The position numbers were made by a program, and so were the translations under genes. The notes under the pieces were generated by a model that worked only from the letters and a program-made list of their open reading frames with translations, ran no database searches and was not told where the DNA came from. A DNA stretch of 64,000 nucleotides from a virus, in IMG/VR virus record IMGVR_UViG_3300045988_171725, positions 32,001 to 96,000 of that record; one strand, written 5' to 3'. Positions 17,954 through 27,924 of this stretch are shown here, in pieces (the first letter of the stretch is position 1; each line of letters starts with the position of its first letter).

Positions 17954-18787
17954 ATGGCTAATTATATTCTTGGCGATGTCATGAAGGCCGAAGCTTTTGT
18001 CAGAGACGCTGAAGGAAAATTGAAGCATTATTTTAGTGCCAATACGATGACTGACAGCACTTTAAATATATCTGTTACTGCTGAAGAAGTTAGGGGCGGA
18101 TGGGGAAATCAGCTGCTTGGTAAAATATTCCACGACACTAATTTTGGTGTAAATCTTACTGAAGCTATGTGGTCTCTTGATTATCTTGCTGCTCAAATAG
18201 GCGAAGAAATCGGCAAAGGCGAAGGTAAAGATCTTAAAGCTGTTAGGGGCACGGTTGCAACTGGCACGCTTACTGTTACTATACCCGACGGGGATGAAAT
18301 AGTTCCCATGTTTGATAAGGCGGCAGGTTTTTGTGCCGCTGCCGACAATACTCTTATTGTTTGGGTTAAAGATTGTGACGACAAAATGTTTACGTATACT
18401 GCTGTTAAGGGTGGAGATACTAACACGTACACCTATACTCTTGTTGGAGATGTTAAACCTAAAGACGGGGCTGTTTGTGTAACGTACCCGACCAAAGTTA
18501 CTGATTGTGAACAACTCATTGTTTCGGCGGCTTATGCTCCGAAGGAGTTTAGTTTATTCCTTTATGGTAAGCTTTTTGCGGGTAATGGTTGTCAGAAATC
18601 TAGCAGCAAATACGCTGGTAAAATCACTATCGAAATTCCGAGATTCCAGCTCGACGGCACGGTCGATCTTACGATGAACCCGAGTTCTGCGGCTACTGTT
18701 TCGCTTAATGGTCAAGCTCTTGCTTCTGGCTGCAACTGCGATGGTGAACCTCAGTATGCTACTATTACAACTATCATAAATAAATAA
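17954..18787 (+). CDS. Major tail (tube) protein, siphovirus type
   Basis: 277 aa, SD AAAGGAG. The N-terminal pattern (...LNISVTAEEVRGGWGNQLLGKIFHDTNFGVNLTEAMWSLDYLAAQIG) resembles TP901/phi13-type major tail proteins as I recall them. A strong terminator follows shortly downstream. Confidence 0.65.
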   Translation: MANYILGDVMKAEAFVRDAEGKLKHYFSANTMTDSTLNISVTAEEVRGGWGNQLLGKIFHDTNFGVNLTEAMWSLDYLAAQIGEEIGKGEGKDLKAVRGTVATGTLTVTIPDGDEIVPMFDKAAGFCAAADNTLIVWVKDCDDKMFTYTAVKGGDTNTYTYTLVGDVKPKDGAVCVTYPTKVTDCEQLIVSAAYAPKEFSLFLYGKLFAGNGCQKSSSKYAGKITIEIPRFQLDGTVDLTMNPSSAATVSLNGQALASGCNCDGEPQYATITTIINK

Positions 18788-18969
18788 TGAATTGTAAATT
18801 TGCCACTGTGAAGGATATGAATCCTGTTAGATGCGAAATAAATAACGTTGGGAGATGCCCTTTTCAGTATTGGTGTACTGCCGATAGATGTTATAAATGT
18901 ATCGGTGACGCAATAAAATGTAAACATTATCAAGAAGCAGATAATTCTAAACAACTGAATAAAAAATAA
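18787..18969 (+). CDS. Small Cys-rich ORF (8 Cys in 60 aa), coding status uncertain
   Basis: The ATG overlaps the tail-protein stop (TAATG). There is no clear SD. It lies inside the transcript ahead of the terminator. Confidence 0.35.
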   Translation: MNCKFATVKDMNPVRCEINNVGRCPFQYWCTADRCYKCIGDAIKCKHYQEADNSKQLNKK

Positions 18970-18976
18970 ATAAATT

Positions 18977-19022
18977 AGAACCCGTTGAATGTGTTATGCG
19001 ATACGTTCGCGGGTTCTTTTTT
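18977..19022 (+). terminator. Intrinsic terminator
   Basis: Stem AGAACCCG (18977-18984) / CGGGTTCT (19010-19017), followed by a T-run. Confidence 0.75.
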
Positions 19023-19142
19023 ATCTATCGTGTAATAAAAGGAAAATTTTATTCAACGAAAATAGTAAAAAAATGAGATGAAAGATATAAAAAGAGGAAT
19101 AATAACACAAAAAAATTCTAAATATCACAAGGAGGGTTTATT

Positions 19143-20342
19143 ATGTTGTATTTAGACTATGCAAAGCCCGTTGATGGCGGTTATATACTTAATTTCTTCG
19201 CCGATAAAGTTGAGGATATGGGATCCATAACTGGCGGGAAAGAATTCATCACAAAGAACGGTACGAATTACGGCGTTCCCCTTAAAGGTTCGACGGTGGT
19301 AATAACTGCTCCTGACAAAGAGAAGAAGACGTTCGTTCTCGATGAAAACGGGGAATGGAACGAGGGCGGATTAGACCCGAACCAATTTTACACGAAGGAA
19401 GCTGCCGATGAAAAATTCATGGAAAAGGCAGGCGGCTCGATAACTGGCGATCTTACCGTTGGCGGTAATCTTGTTGTAAACGGAAAGACGACCACGGTTG
19501 AATCTGAGAACCTCGCCGTTAAAGATAAACTTATCGAGGTTGCGGCTGGAAACGCGGCGAAGCTTGCAACACCCGCTGGTCTCGTTGTCCCGAAATATGA
19601 TGGGACGAATTCTGGTGCGCTGGTATTTGACGGCGACGGAATTGCTTATGTCGGTGACGTTGTTTTGAACGCGAAAGGTGATATAGACGTTTCGCAGAGT
19701 GACCTTGCGGCGTTGGCGGTAAAGAAAGATATACCCACTGATTATCTTGTCGGTGGCGAGCAGACAGCCACTTCTGAAGACGATGGCGGAGCTAACGTAT
19801 TCACATTCACGAAAGCTGACGGAAAGACCGCGACATTTACAGTAAAGAACGGAACGAAAGGTTCGACTGGTGCCGCAGGCGCGAAGGGTGATAAGGGTGA
19901 CATTGGTCCTCAAGGACCCAAAGGCGCGACTGGTGCCGCCGCTGGTTTTGGGACACCCACCGCGACAGTTGATAACGCAACTGGTGTACCGAGTGTGACT
20001 ATAACTGCGAGTGGAGAAGACACTGCCAAGGTGTTTGCTTTTGCATTCAAAAATCTCAAAGGTGAAAAGGGAGAACAGGGTCCTGCAGGTCCTGCTGGAG
20101 CAGCGGGTGCAGCTGGACCGAAAGGAAACGCTGGTCCGCAGGGACCTATTGGTCCGACAGGCCCGAAAGGAGACCAGGGTGAGACTGGTCCCGCAGGTGC
20201 AGCTGGCGCGAAAGGCGCAACGGGCGCGCACGTTACAGCTATAACACTTACGAAGGATTCGACGGGCGCGATAACTGGCGGTACGGCTTCTTTGAGCGAT
20301 GGCACGAGCGTTTCCATAACGGTAACGGTTGCAGAGGCGTAA
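19143..20342 (+). CDS. Collagen-like tail fibre protein
   Basis: 399 aa, SD AAGGAGGG. It has two G-X-Y tracts ([30 protein letters not shown] and [56 protein letters not shown]). The N-terminal domain is paralogous to 49729-50544. Confidence 0.75.
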   Translation: MLYLDYAKPVDGGYILNFFADKVEDMGSITGGKEFITKNGTNYGVPLKGSTVVITAPDKEKKTFVLDENGEWNEGGLDPNQFYTKEAADEKFMEKAGGSITGDLTVGGNLVVNGKTTTVESENLAVKDKLIEVAAGNAAKLATPAGLVVPKYDGTNSGALVFDGDGIAYVGDVVLNAKGDIDVSQSDLAALAVKKDIPTDYLVGGEQTATSEDDGGANVFTFTKADGKTATFTVKNGTKGSTGAAGAKGDKGDIGPQGPKGATGAAAGFGTPTATVDNATGVPSVTITASGEDTAKVFAFAFKNLKGEKGEQGPAGPAGAAGAAGPKGNAGPQGPIGPTGPKGDQGETGPAGAAGAKGATGAHVTAITLTKDSTGAITGGTASLSDGTSVSITVTVAEA

Positions 20343-20417
20343 TGAATAATATAAGCGCGGCGATTTCTTTCATAAATTGAAGGCAATTGCCGCGCAAAAT
20401 AATAAAAGGAGATAACA

Positions 20418-20750
20418 ATGGATACCGAAAAAATCGTTTTATATATTTCTTTAGGAATTATTTGTCTTTGCTTGATCATAGCTTTAATTGTGAAAATTGT
20501 GAAGCTTTTCAAAATGCCCAAAGAAGAAAGAGAAAAGGTTATAAAGACTTATCTAAAAGGCGTAATCATGCTGGCGGAAGAGGAAATTGTTGGTACGAAA
20601 AGAGGTGAGGAACGCCTTGCGATGGTTGAAGAATATTTTAATAAAAATGCCCCACTGACGTATCGGATTATTTTGTTTCTTCTCGGGAAAGACAATTTAA
20701 AAAATTTAATTGAAGACGCCCTCGCCGAGATTAAGGAAGTGCTGCAATAA
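20418..20750 (+). CDS. Small membrane protein, LL-H-holin-like architecture
   Basis: 110 aa, SD AAAGGAG. One N-terminal TM helix ([23 protein letters not shown]) is followed by a helical, charged C-terminus. The family assignment is from memory only. Confidence 0.4.
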   Translation: MDTEKIVLYISLGIICLCLIIALIVKIVKLFKMPKEEREKVIKTYLKGVIMLAEEEIVGTKRGEERLAMVEEYFNKNAPLTYRIILFLLGKDNLKNLIEDALAEIKEVLQ

Positions 20751-20807
20751 TACAGAAATTTTGTTGTAGAGGTATTTCCTTGAGGTGATGGTATATGGAG
20801 GAAAATA

Positions 20808-21890
20808 ATGGCGCAAAAATATAAAAGTATATGGACGGGTCCGCAAGTCGACGAGGCAGTCGGGAACGTCTCAAAAAAAATAGATAAAGACAGTTTGACT
20901 GGCAGTAACGGGATAACTATCAACAAAACCGATTCAACGATAGAGATAAGCGGAAAGGGATTGGTACAGAAGGTAGCAGAGACTGAAGCGGTGAAATTTT
21001 ATACAACTAGAATGGGAGAATCGGTTTGGCAAGCCTCTCAATTTCCAGTTCCATATGCCGCTGTACTTTTTGATGCTGAAGGAAGTCTTAGAGGGAATAT
21101 GGGAGCTAATCCTACAGCGAATACTCTTACAAACAGGAAATATGTAGATGACGCGATAGCGACAAGTAGCGCAACAGTCGACGGAACATCAATCGTCAAA
21201 GATACCGACGGAAAAATTCAGCTTAATCAGGAGTATATTGACTATCTCGACAACCAGCTTTATCAGCCACCCGCTATTTCGGTTTTCACCATGCTTGATG
21301 CGGCGGGTGCTGCGCTTCCCACGAGTAACGAGTTGGGCACGACTTTAAGCGCGGCGGCGTTTAATCACCAAGAAACGAACATCAAAAACATCCAGGGTGA
21401 TAACGTCGAGTTGCACATTAACAATGCGGCGGCTGCGACAATTTCAGCCGCGAAGAAAGACGTTGCAACAAAGGTGACTCTCACAACGGCGCAGAGCATA
21501 ACAAACAGTACCAAATTCACACTCAAAGGCACGAACACGAAGGGCGCGGCTTTGAGCAGGGATTATCAAGTCAACTTTTACAGATACGCATACACAGCGA
21601 CGACAGACGCGACAACCGCTCCGACAAGCGGCGCAACGCAACAAGCGGCGGTCAGCACTTTCGCGTCGAACGGCAGTACGTTCAACTATACCAAGGGCGG
21701 GTATATATACTTCTATACCGACAACACAGGCAAGAAGGTTCAGACGAACGTTTTAGGTCAGTGGGCGGATGTTGACACGACAGACATGGGCAAAGTTACG
21801 CTTACGCAGAATAACGGCGCAACGCACGAATATACGTGTTACAGAATCGGACCTTTCATTGAGACGGGTTCAGCTAAATATAGAGTCTAA
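20808..21890 (+). CDS. Tail fibre-type protein
   Basis: 360 aa, SD GGAGGA. The N-terminal motif KYKSIWTGPQVDEAV is shared with the collagen-like fibres (Y-x-S-x-x-T-G-x-x-[IV]-D-x-A-[IV]). The body is Ala/Thr-rich. Confidence 0.55.
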   Translation: MAQKYKSIWTGPQVDEAVGNVSKKIDKDSLTGSNGITINKTDSTIEISGKGLVQKVAETEAVKFYTTRMGESVWQASQFPVPYAAVLFDAEGSLRGNMGANPTANTLTNRKYVDDAIATSSATVDGTSIVKDTDGKIQLNQEYIDYLDNQLYQPPAISVFTMLDAAGAALPTSNELGTTLSAAAFNHQETNIKNIQGDNVELHINNAAAATISAAKKDVATKVTLTTAQSITNSTKFTLKGTNTKGAALSRDYQVNFYRYAYTATTDATTAPTSGATQQAAVSTFASNGSTFNYTKGGYIYFYTDNTGKKVQTNVLGQWADVDTTDMGKVTLTQNNGATHEYTCYRIGPFIETGSAKYRV

Positions 21891-21902
21891 GGAGGGTGAA
21901 TT

Positions 21903-23465
21903 ATGGCTTTAACGATAAATACAAACATTAAGAACGAGGCTAATGGCTACTCTTTAGATGCTTCACAAGTCAAGGGCGGATATGTGGTAGTCGCGGACGA
22001 AGCAGAAAGAAACGCAATCCCCGCCGCAACAAAAGTAAATGGAACGACGATTTACCAGGCGGATGTTGGAAAGGAATATAGATGGAATGGAAGCGAATGG
22101 CTCGAAAATACAGCTGCAGAAGATTACGCAAATAAAGTCGCTTTAACTGTTCCTATCTCTGAAACTGAAACAGTATTAGTTCCTGAAACAACACTTACTT
22201 TTGCTCTTGACGCAGAACATGATACAGGAATGTATGTAAGCGCGAAAAATGCTATTTCTTTTACTTTTAAAGAATTACAAAAATATAGAGTAACTTGGGA
22301 TGGTGTTGATTATATTGCTTATGGCAGATATTTTACTTGGGTTAGATTAGATGATAATGGCTCAATAAAAGCTTGGTATGATTGGCAACTTATAGGTAAT
22401 GGTAATAATGAATTAAATGCTTTTTTTAAGCAAGATAAAAATTTACCTTTTGCTATTACACGAGATAAATGGGAAAATGCTGGTGAATGGCTAGTTTATG
22501 CTGTTGATGGCAGTACTGCTAGTTCACACACATTAAAAATTGTTTCTTTATCAGGTGAATATAAAATAGCATATCCTGAAAATATTTATAATTATAATGA
22601 TAATCTAAGACAAAGTGGCGGATATAATAGTGCATACATTGGATTAAATATAATAAATTCTACTGTTAATTCTGCTTTTGCTGCTGGCGATGGAAACTGG
22701 ATAAGAAGAGGCCATTCTAATAATATATTAGGCAGCGGAAATATTTGTGATACTAATAATAGATATAATTTTTTGGCTGGCGCATTTAATAATGTTACTG
22801 GTTCTGCTAATTCAAAAGATTTAGCAAATATAATTTTAGGATATTCTAACAACAATATTTGTAAAAGTAATAATAAAACTAATGGAGCAAATGTTATTGC
22901 TGGACTTTTCAATAATCTTTTAGTGGATGGAGATTTTGTCTCCCAAGCAAATTTTATAAGCGGTCAAGGAAATACATTAAAAGCAACTAATAATAATATT
23001 ATTGGAAATGCTATATTAGGAAATTATAATACAGTAGATTCTCATGCTAGTACTTTTATTTCTGGATATAGAAATATTAGTGATAGAAATTATCAAGCTA
23101 TATTTGGAAAATATTCTGCTGCCGATTCAACTGCTTTATTAAAATTTGGTGCTGGAACAAGCAATACCGATAGAAAGAACATATTCGTTATTCATGACGA
23201 AGGACGTGTAACCGCATTAGGTGCACCAATAGATAATGATGATGTAACACGTAAAGGCGATTTTAAGACCATCAACGGTAATTCACTTCTCGGAAGCGGC
23301 GATCTTACAATCGCAGGTGGTGGGACCGAGGTTACTCCAAACCCGACTTTAAGTGGAAGTGAAGCGGCTCTTTCCGCTCTTCAAATAGGCGATACGAAGT
23401 ATCGGATAGAAGGCACTTTAACAACTCTTACGGTTGGCATTGATTCCTCGCTTTTAGGAGGTTGA
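21903..23465 (+). CDS. Tail fibre-type protein with Asn/Gly-rich YadA-head-like short repeats
   Basis: 520 aa, SD TAAGGAGGG. The N-terminus reads ...ADEAERNAIPAATKVNGTTIYQADVGKEYRWNGSEW. The central region has repeats such as GSGNICDTNNRYNFLAGAFNNVTGSANS...GYSNNNICKSNNKTNGANVIAGLFNN. Confidence 0.6.
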   Translation: MALTINTNIKNEANGYSLDASQVKGGYVVVADEAERNAIPAATKVNGTTIYQADVGKEYRWNGSEWLENTAAEDYANKVALTVPISETETVLVPETTLTFALDAEHDTGMYVSAKNAISFTFKELQKYRVTWDGVDYIAYGRYFTWVRLDDNGSIKAWYDWQLIGNGNNELNAFFKQDKNLPFAITRDKWENAGEWLVYAVDGSTASSHTLKIVSLSGEYKIAYPENIYNYNDNLRQSGGYNSAYIGLNIINSTVNSAFAAGDGNWIRRGHSNNILGSGNICDTNNRYNFLAGAFNNVTGSANSKDLANIILGYSNNNICKSNNKTNGANVIAGLFNNLLVDGDFVSQANFISGQGNTLKATNNNIIGNAILGNYNTVDSHASTFISGYRNISDRNYQAIFGKYSAADSTALLKFGAGTSNTDRKNIFVIHDEGRVTALGAPIDNDDVTRKGDFKTINGNSLLGSGDLTIAGGGTEVTPNPTLSGSEAALSALQIGDTKYRIEGTLTTLTVGIDSSLLGG

Positions 23466-23467
23466 TT

Positions 23468-24979
23468 ATGGCAATTAAAAGAGCGATAAAAGCGGGCAAT
23501 AAAAGTATAATTTCATTCAAGAAGGTAATTAAGGTTGGTGAGATTACACAGTTAGTTGCTAAAGATAATTTTTTATTTTCATCAGTAGTGACAAGTGGTG
23601 TGACTTTTACTAATAATGGCAATGGCTCAATTACTGCTGTTGGGACCACTACAGCCCTCATTGCAAGATTGATATTATCACATACTAAATTAGAACGATT
23701 AAAAAACGGGCATAAATATTTAATTTCAAGTGGTCAAGATGATAATACAAACAATTATGTGGCTATAAATTTTTATGATGATAATCAAAAAAATTTAGGA
23801 AGTTATTCAAGTTTTTCATCTCCAATTTTTACATTTGATGGGATATATTATGCTTCTAATATTGGCGGCATATATATATATGAAAGAATAACTGGCGCAG
23901 AAATAAATCGAACCTACATCCCCCAACTCTTCGACCTGACCGAGATGTTCGGCGCGGGACACGAGCCCGCCACCGTTGACGAGTTTAAGGCGAGGTTCCC
24001 TGAGGCGTATTACCCTTATCAAAGGGCGGTTTTGAACGTGTATAATAAGGTGGTCAGACCGTGCGTGAGAAAGGGAGAGGTTGTACAGTTAGTCAACCCA
24101 GTAGATTTTGGTTTTACAACACAGACTGTTAATGGTATTACTTTTACAAATAATAATGATGGAAGTGTAACTATAAACGGAACAGCAACTAGTGATGCAG
24201 CATATAGATTAATATTAAACAGAGACAAAATTATAAATGGATATGTATATTTATATGGTTCTGAACAAAATACTAATGATTATGGTGTTGCATGGGGAAC
24301 TAATTTGCCACAGAATTTAACTTTTAATACTGCTTCAATTAATAGTAATTATACTGTTATAGTTAAAAATGGGGCTACGGTAAATAACATAACTATTTTT
24401 CCGCAGATATATAATCTCACTGCCATGTACGGAGCAGGTAACGAGCCAAAAACTCTCGCTGATTTCAGGAAAGATTATCCAGAGAGTTATTATCCGTATA
24501 GCCCAATTCAGACGAAGAATTTGTTCGATATAAGGAAAGTTAGTGGGTTGATTAGTAGTCTATTTGGCAATCTTAATTATTATCTTACTAAAAATTTAAC
24601 TCAAAATTCTTTAAAAATTCGTTATGGTGGATACGGAATGGCAACGTTTTTAAAAGAACCATATATCTTGTCAGCAGGGACTTATACATTTAGTTGTAAT
24701 TGTGATTATGATGTTATTAACAACAGAGGCGGTGTTTCTTTGTTCGTTGGAAAGAAGGCAGCAGACGGGTCGAGAATAAACGAGATAGCTAGTGGTCCTT
24801 ACCGCCAGGTACATCGTTTAGTTTTAACTTTTACCCTGGCGGAAGAAACCGAAGTTTATTTATCTCTGCAAGGTGACGGCGGATCTGCTAATTATACCAA
24901 TCTAAACAACGTGTTTTTCAATATTCAACTCGAAAAAGGCTCAGTCGCCACAGATTACGTGCCGCATGACTACATTTAA
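23468..24979 (+). CDS. Tail fibre / receptor-binding-type protein with an internal domain duplication
   Basis: SD TAGGAGG precedes ATG 23468 (the track start 23462 is TTG). There are two ~170-aa repeats, each of the form xGxTFTNNxxGSxTxxGTxT...[IY]PQ[LI][FY][DN]LTxM[FY]GAGxEPxTxxxF[KR]xx[FY]PExYYPY. Confidence 0.6.
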   Translation: MAIKRAIKAGNKSIISFKKVIKVGEITQLVAKDNFLFSSVVTSGVTFTNNGNGSITAVGTTTALIARLILSHTKLERLKNGHKYLISSGQDDNTNNYVAINFYDDNQKNLGSYSSFSSPIFTFDGIYYASNIGGIYIYERITGAEINRTYIPQLFDLTEMFGAGHEPATVDEFKARFPEAYYPYQRAVLNVYNKVVRPCVRKGEVVQLVNPVDFGFTTQTVNGITFTNNNDGSVTINGTATSDAAYRLILNRDKIINGYVYLYGSEQNTNDYGVAWGTNLPQNLTFNTASINSNYTVIVKNGATVNNITIFPQIYNLTAMYGAGNEPKTLADFRKDYPESYYPYSPIQTKNLFDIRKVSGLISSLFGNLNYYLTKNLTQNSLKIRYGGYGMATFLKEPYILSAGTYTFSCNCDYDVINNRGGVSLFVGKKAADGSRINEIASGPYRQVHRLVLTFTLAEETEVYLSLQGDGGSANYTNLNNVFFNIQLEKGSVATDYVPHDYI

Positions 24980-24996
24980 AAGGAGGAAAAGGAGAA

Positions 24997-26289
24997 ATGG
25001 CAGTAAATTATACAGATGTCCAAAAGACAGAAAAATATATATCAAGAACTAACTTTGACGCCTTGGAAATGGCGGCAGTTCCCGAAGGGATGGAATTCAA
25101 TATCGTCGATCAGATTCACGAGAGTGATTTAGACAGTGACGTTTTACAGAAGCTTAACAACAACGCGAAGATAAATACAGCGAATACCTTTACAGCGGCA
25201 CAAACGTTTAAGAAGGATATCACGATCGAAGGGAATATCTTTCAGAACGGCAGCGCTTATGAGACACACGCGGAAAAGCTTTATACGAAGAATGACATGA
25301 TTTACACGCGCGATGGGGCGACCGCCGCGTTGGCAGATAACGCTTATACGGGAATTCAGGCAGTCAAGTATGACGGTACGAATGACGGGCAGTTGGTGTT
25401 CGGAAAAGATGGCGTCGCACGTGTTGGAGATGTCGGGAATACACAGCCTTTGGCGACGAGGGCGGAGGCAGGCGCGATTGTGGACAAGCACTTGCTTCAG
25501 TGGGACGCGGCTGGACAGACACTGGTTGACAGTGGAAAGAGCGTGAGTGATTTAGAGGGTGGCGGAGGAGATGTAACCGCCGCTGGCACTAATACTTTCA
25601 CGGGGAACAATACTTTTACTAACGGTATAACTGTGGCGGCAGATAGTATGGCTACTTCTGCTCATATCGTATATGGAAGCGATGGTATTAAAGTAAAGAA
25701 AGAAGGAACCCCTGTGGCTAGCCCAGAATTTTCTATTAAAATTCCTACTAATACACCAGGAACTTTTGCGGTAATAAATGCTGCAAGTAATACCCTCAAT
25801 ACTACTGGTTTAAATGTTTCAAGTTCTGCAATAATAGAAAATATGCTTCTTGGCGGTTTAACTTTTAAACCAACTGTCACATATTTTAGTGTAGGAAGTT
25901 TTAAAATCACGCTCCCTACAAAGACAAGTACTCTCGCCACAACAGACGATATAAGCTCTTTTGTTAAAAATAATGCTTCTACAAATTTTTCGGTTTATGA
26001 TGAAGTCAGCGGTGACAAATCTACACTTGGTTATAGCGGGCTAACATTAGAAGATCCTGTTGTTCATAATACTTGCACACTAAGTGCCGCTGGATTAGTA
26101 CACAGACAAATGAGTAATGATGGAGCAATAACAAACCATAATACTACCTTGGCATTTGAGAGTGCTGGTTTAACTACAACATTAACAGTTCCTAATAAAA
26201 CTGGTACTCTTGCTCTTACAGGTGATATTCCGATTAGTTCGGCAACTTTAAGCGACAACGACACAACCTTAACGCTTATTCTTAGATAA
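24997..26289 (+). CDS. Tail fibre protein
   Basis: 430 aa, SD AAGGAGGA. It has fibre-type motifs (NTANTFTAAQTF, GTNTFTGNNTFTNG). It shares KYDGTNxGxLVFxxDGxAxVGDV with 19143-20342. Confidence 0.65.
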   Translation: MAVNYTDVQKTEKYISRTNFDALEMAAVPEGMEFNIVDQIHESDLDSDVLQKLNNNAKINTANTFTAAQTFKKDITIEGNIFQNGSAYETHAEKLYTKNDMIYTRDGATAALADNAYTGIQAVKYDGTNDGQLVFGKDGVARVGDVGNTQPLATRAEAGAIVDKHLLQWDAAGQTLVDSGKSVSDLEGGGGDVTAAGTNTFTGNNTFTNGITVAADSMATSAHIVYGSDGIKVKKEGTPVASPEFSIKIPTNTPGTFAVINAASNTLNTTGLNVSSSAIIENMLLGGLTFKPTVTYFSVGSFKITLPTKTSTLATTDDISSFVKNNASTNFSVYDEVSGDKSTLGYSGLTLEDPVVHNTCTLSAAGLVHRQMSNDGAITNHNTTLAFESAGLTTTLTVPNKTGTLALTGDIPISSATLSDNDTTLTLILR

Positions 26290-26300
26290 GGAGGAACGGT

Positions 26301-27017
26301 ATGCCTTGGGTAATAGATAGTAAACTTAAAGTGGAAACGACGTTGCTTCAAAAAGTCGTGGTAAATGGGAAAGAGCTTTATAAAGTTGATTGCGTGGATA
26401 AAAACGGCGTAAAGCGCACGGTTTTTTACAAATATTGGGAACCCTCTGGTGGTGGCAGTGATAGCGAAACCAAACAAGCTGTGACAGCAGGAACTCTTGC
26501 CTTTGGGATAATTAACGAAGCGATAACCGATGAATTGTTAGAACATTTTAGTGTTCTTGAATTTAACACGGCAACACATGGCGATTTATCAAGTACATAC
26601 AATTTCAATCGAACAACTGCGGATGGCGGCGAAGAGGAAGTTGATGTTGCGCAAATGATACTTAATTACTTCTGTTGTATAATGCAGAAAGGTTATAGCA
26701 AGCTTGACGGAATTCAATCGGTATTAACTGAAGCTTGTGAAGACGGTTCTTTTAATCAAATCGTAGAACAATACGAATTGGGAACTAAAATAACCCAATG
26801 GATAAACACATGGATTCAGGAGCAAACTGACGCGGGGACTTATACCGAAGCCGCATATCAAGAATTCATTTCGGCAACAACGGAAGGTGGAGTCACTACG
26901 TTTAAAGATAGAATGAATAACGACGAGAGTTTCAAACAAGCAAGACAGGATTTCATGACGAATATTGCTGGTAAATTAGGGATTACCGTCGAGCAGTTAC
27001 AGAATGGAAATTGGTAA
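26301..27017 (+). CDS. Fibre-associated module (possible fibre tip or assembly domain), homologous to the C-terminal ~230 aa of 29862-31244
   Basis: 238 aa, SD TAAGGAGGA. The two align end to end, for example VDVAQMILNYFCCIMQKGY...IQSVL...GKLGITVEQLQNGNW* versus [19 protein letters not shown]...IQSVL...[15 protein letters not shown]. Confidence 0.45.
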   Translation: MPWVIDSKLKVETTLLQKVVVNGKELYKVDCVDKNGVKRTVFYKYWEPSGGGSDSETKQAVTAGTLAFGIINEAITDELLEHFSVLEFNTATHGDLSSTYNFNRTTADGGEEEVDVAQMILNYFCCIMQKGYSKLDGIQSVLTEACEDGSFNQIVEQYELGTKITQWINTWIQEQTDAGTYTEAAYQEFISATTEGGVTTFKDRMNNDESFKQARQDFMTNIAGKLGITVEQLQNGNW

Positions 27018-27053
27018 GGAAAACATAAAATAATATACTTTCGGAGGATTTAA

Positions 27054-27839
<786 letters not shown>

Positions 27840-27924
27840 ACTATTACAATTTAATGCGGCGGGAATTTCTCAATAAAAAAAAGAGATTTCTGCCGCAAAA
27901 AACAATCAAGGAGGGATTTGCCAT

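Noticed and set aside
19371-20521. Long minus-strand ORFs (19371-20231 and 19910-20521), and similar ones at 27441-27692, 30123-30701 and 31643-31960, some also reading as Gly/Pro-rich
   Set aside because: They lie antisense to collagen G-X-Y tracts. The GGN-CCN periodicity of those tracts keeps several frames open on both strands. They have no SD or start context and fully overlap well-supported + strand genes.
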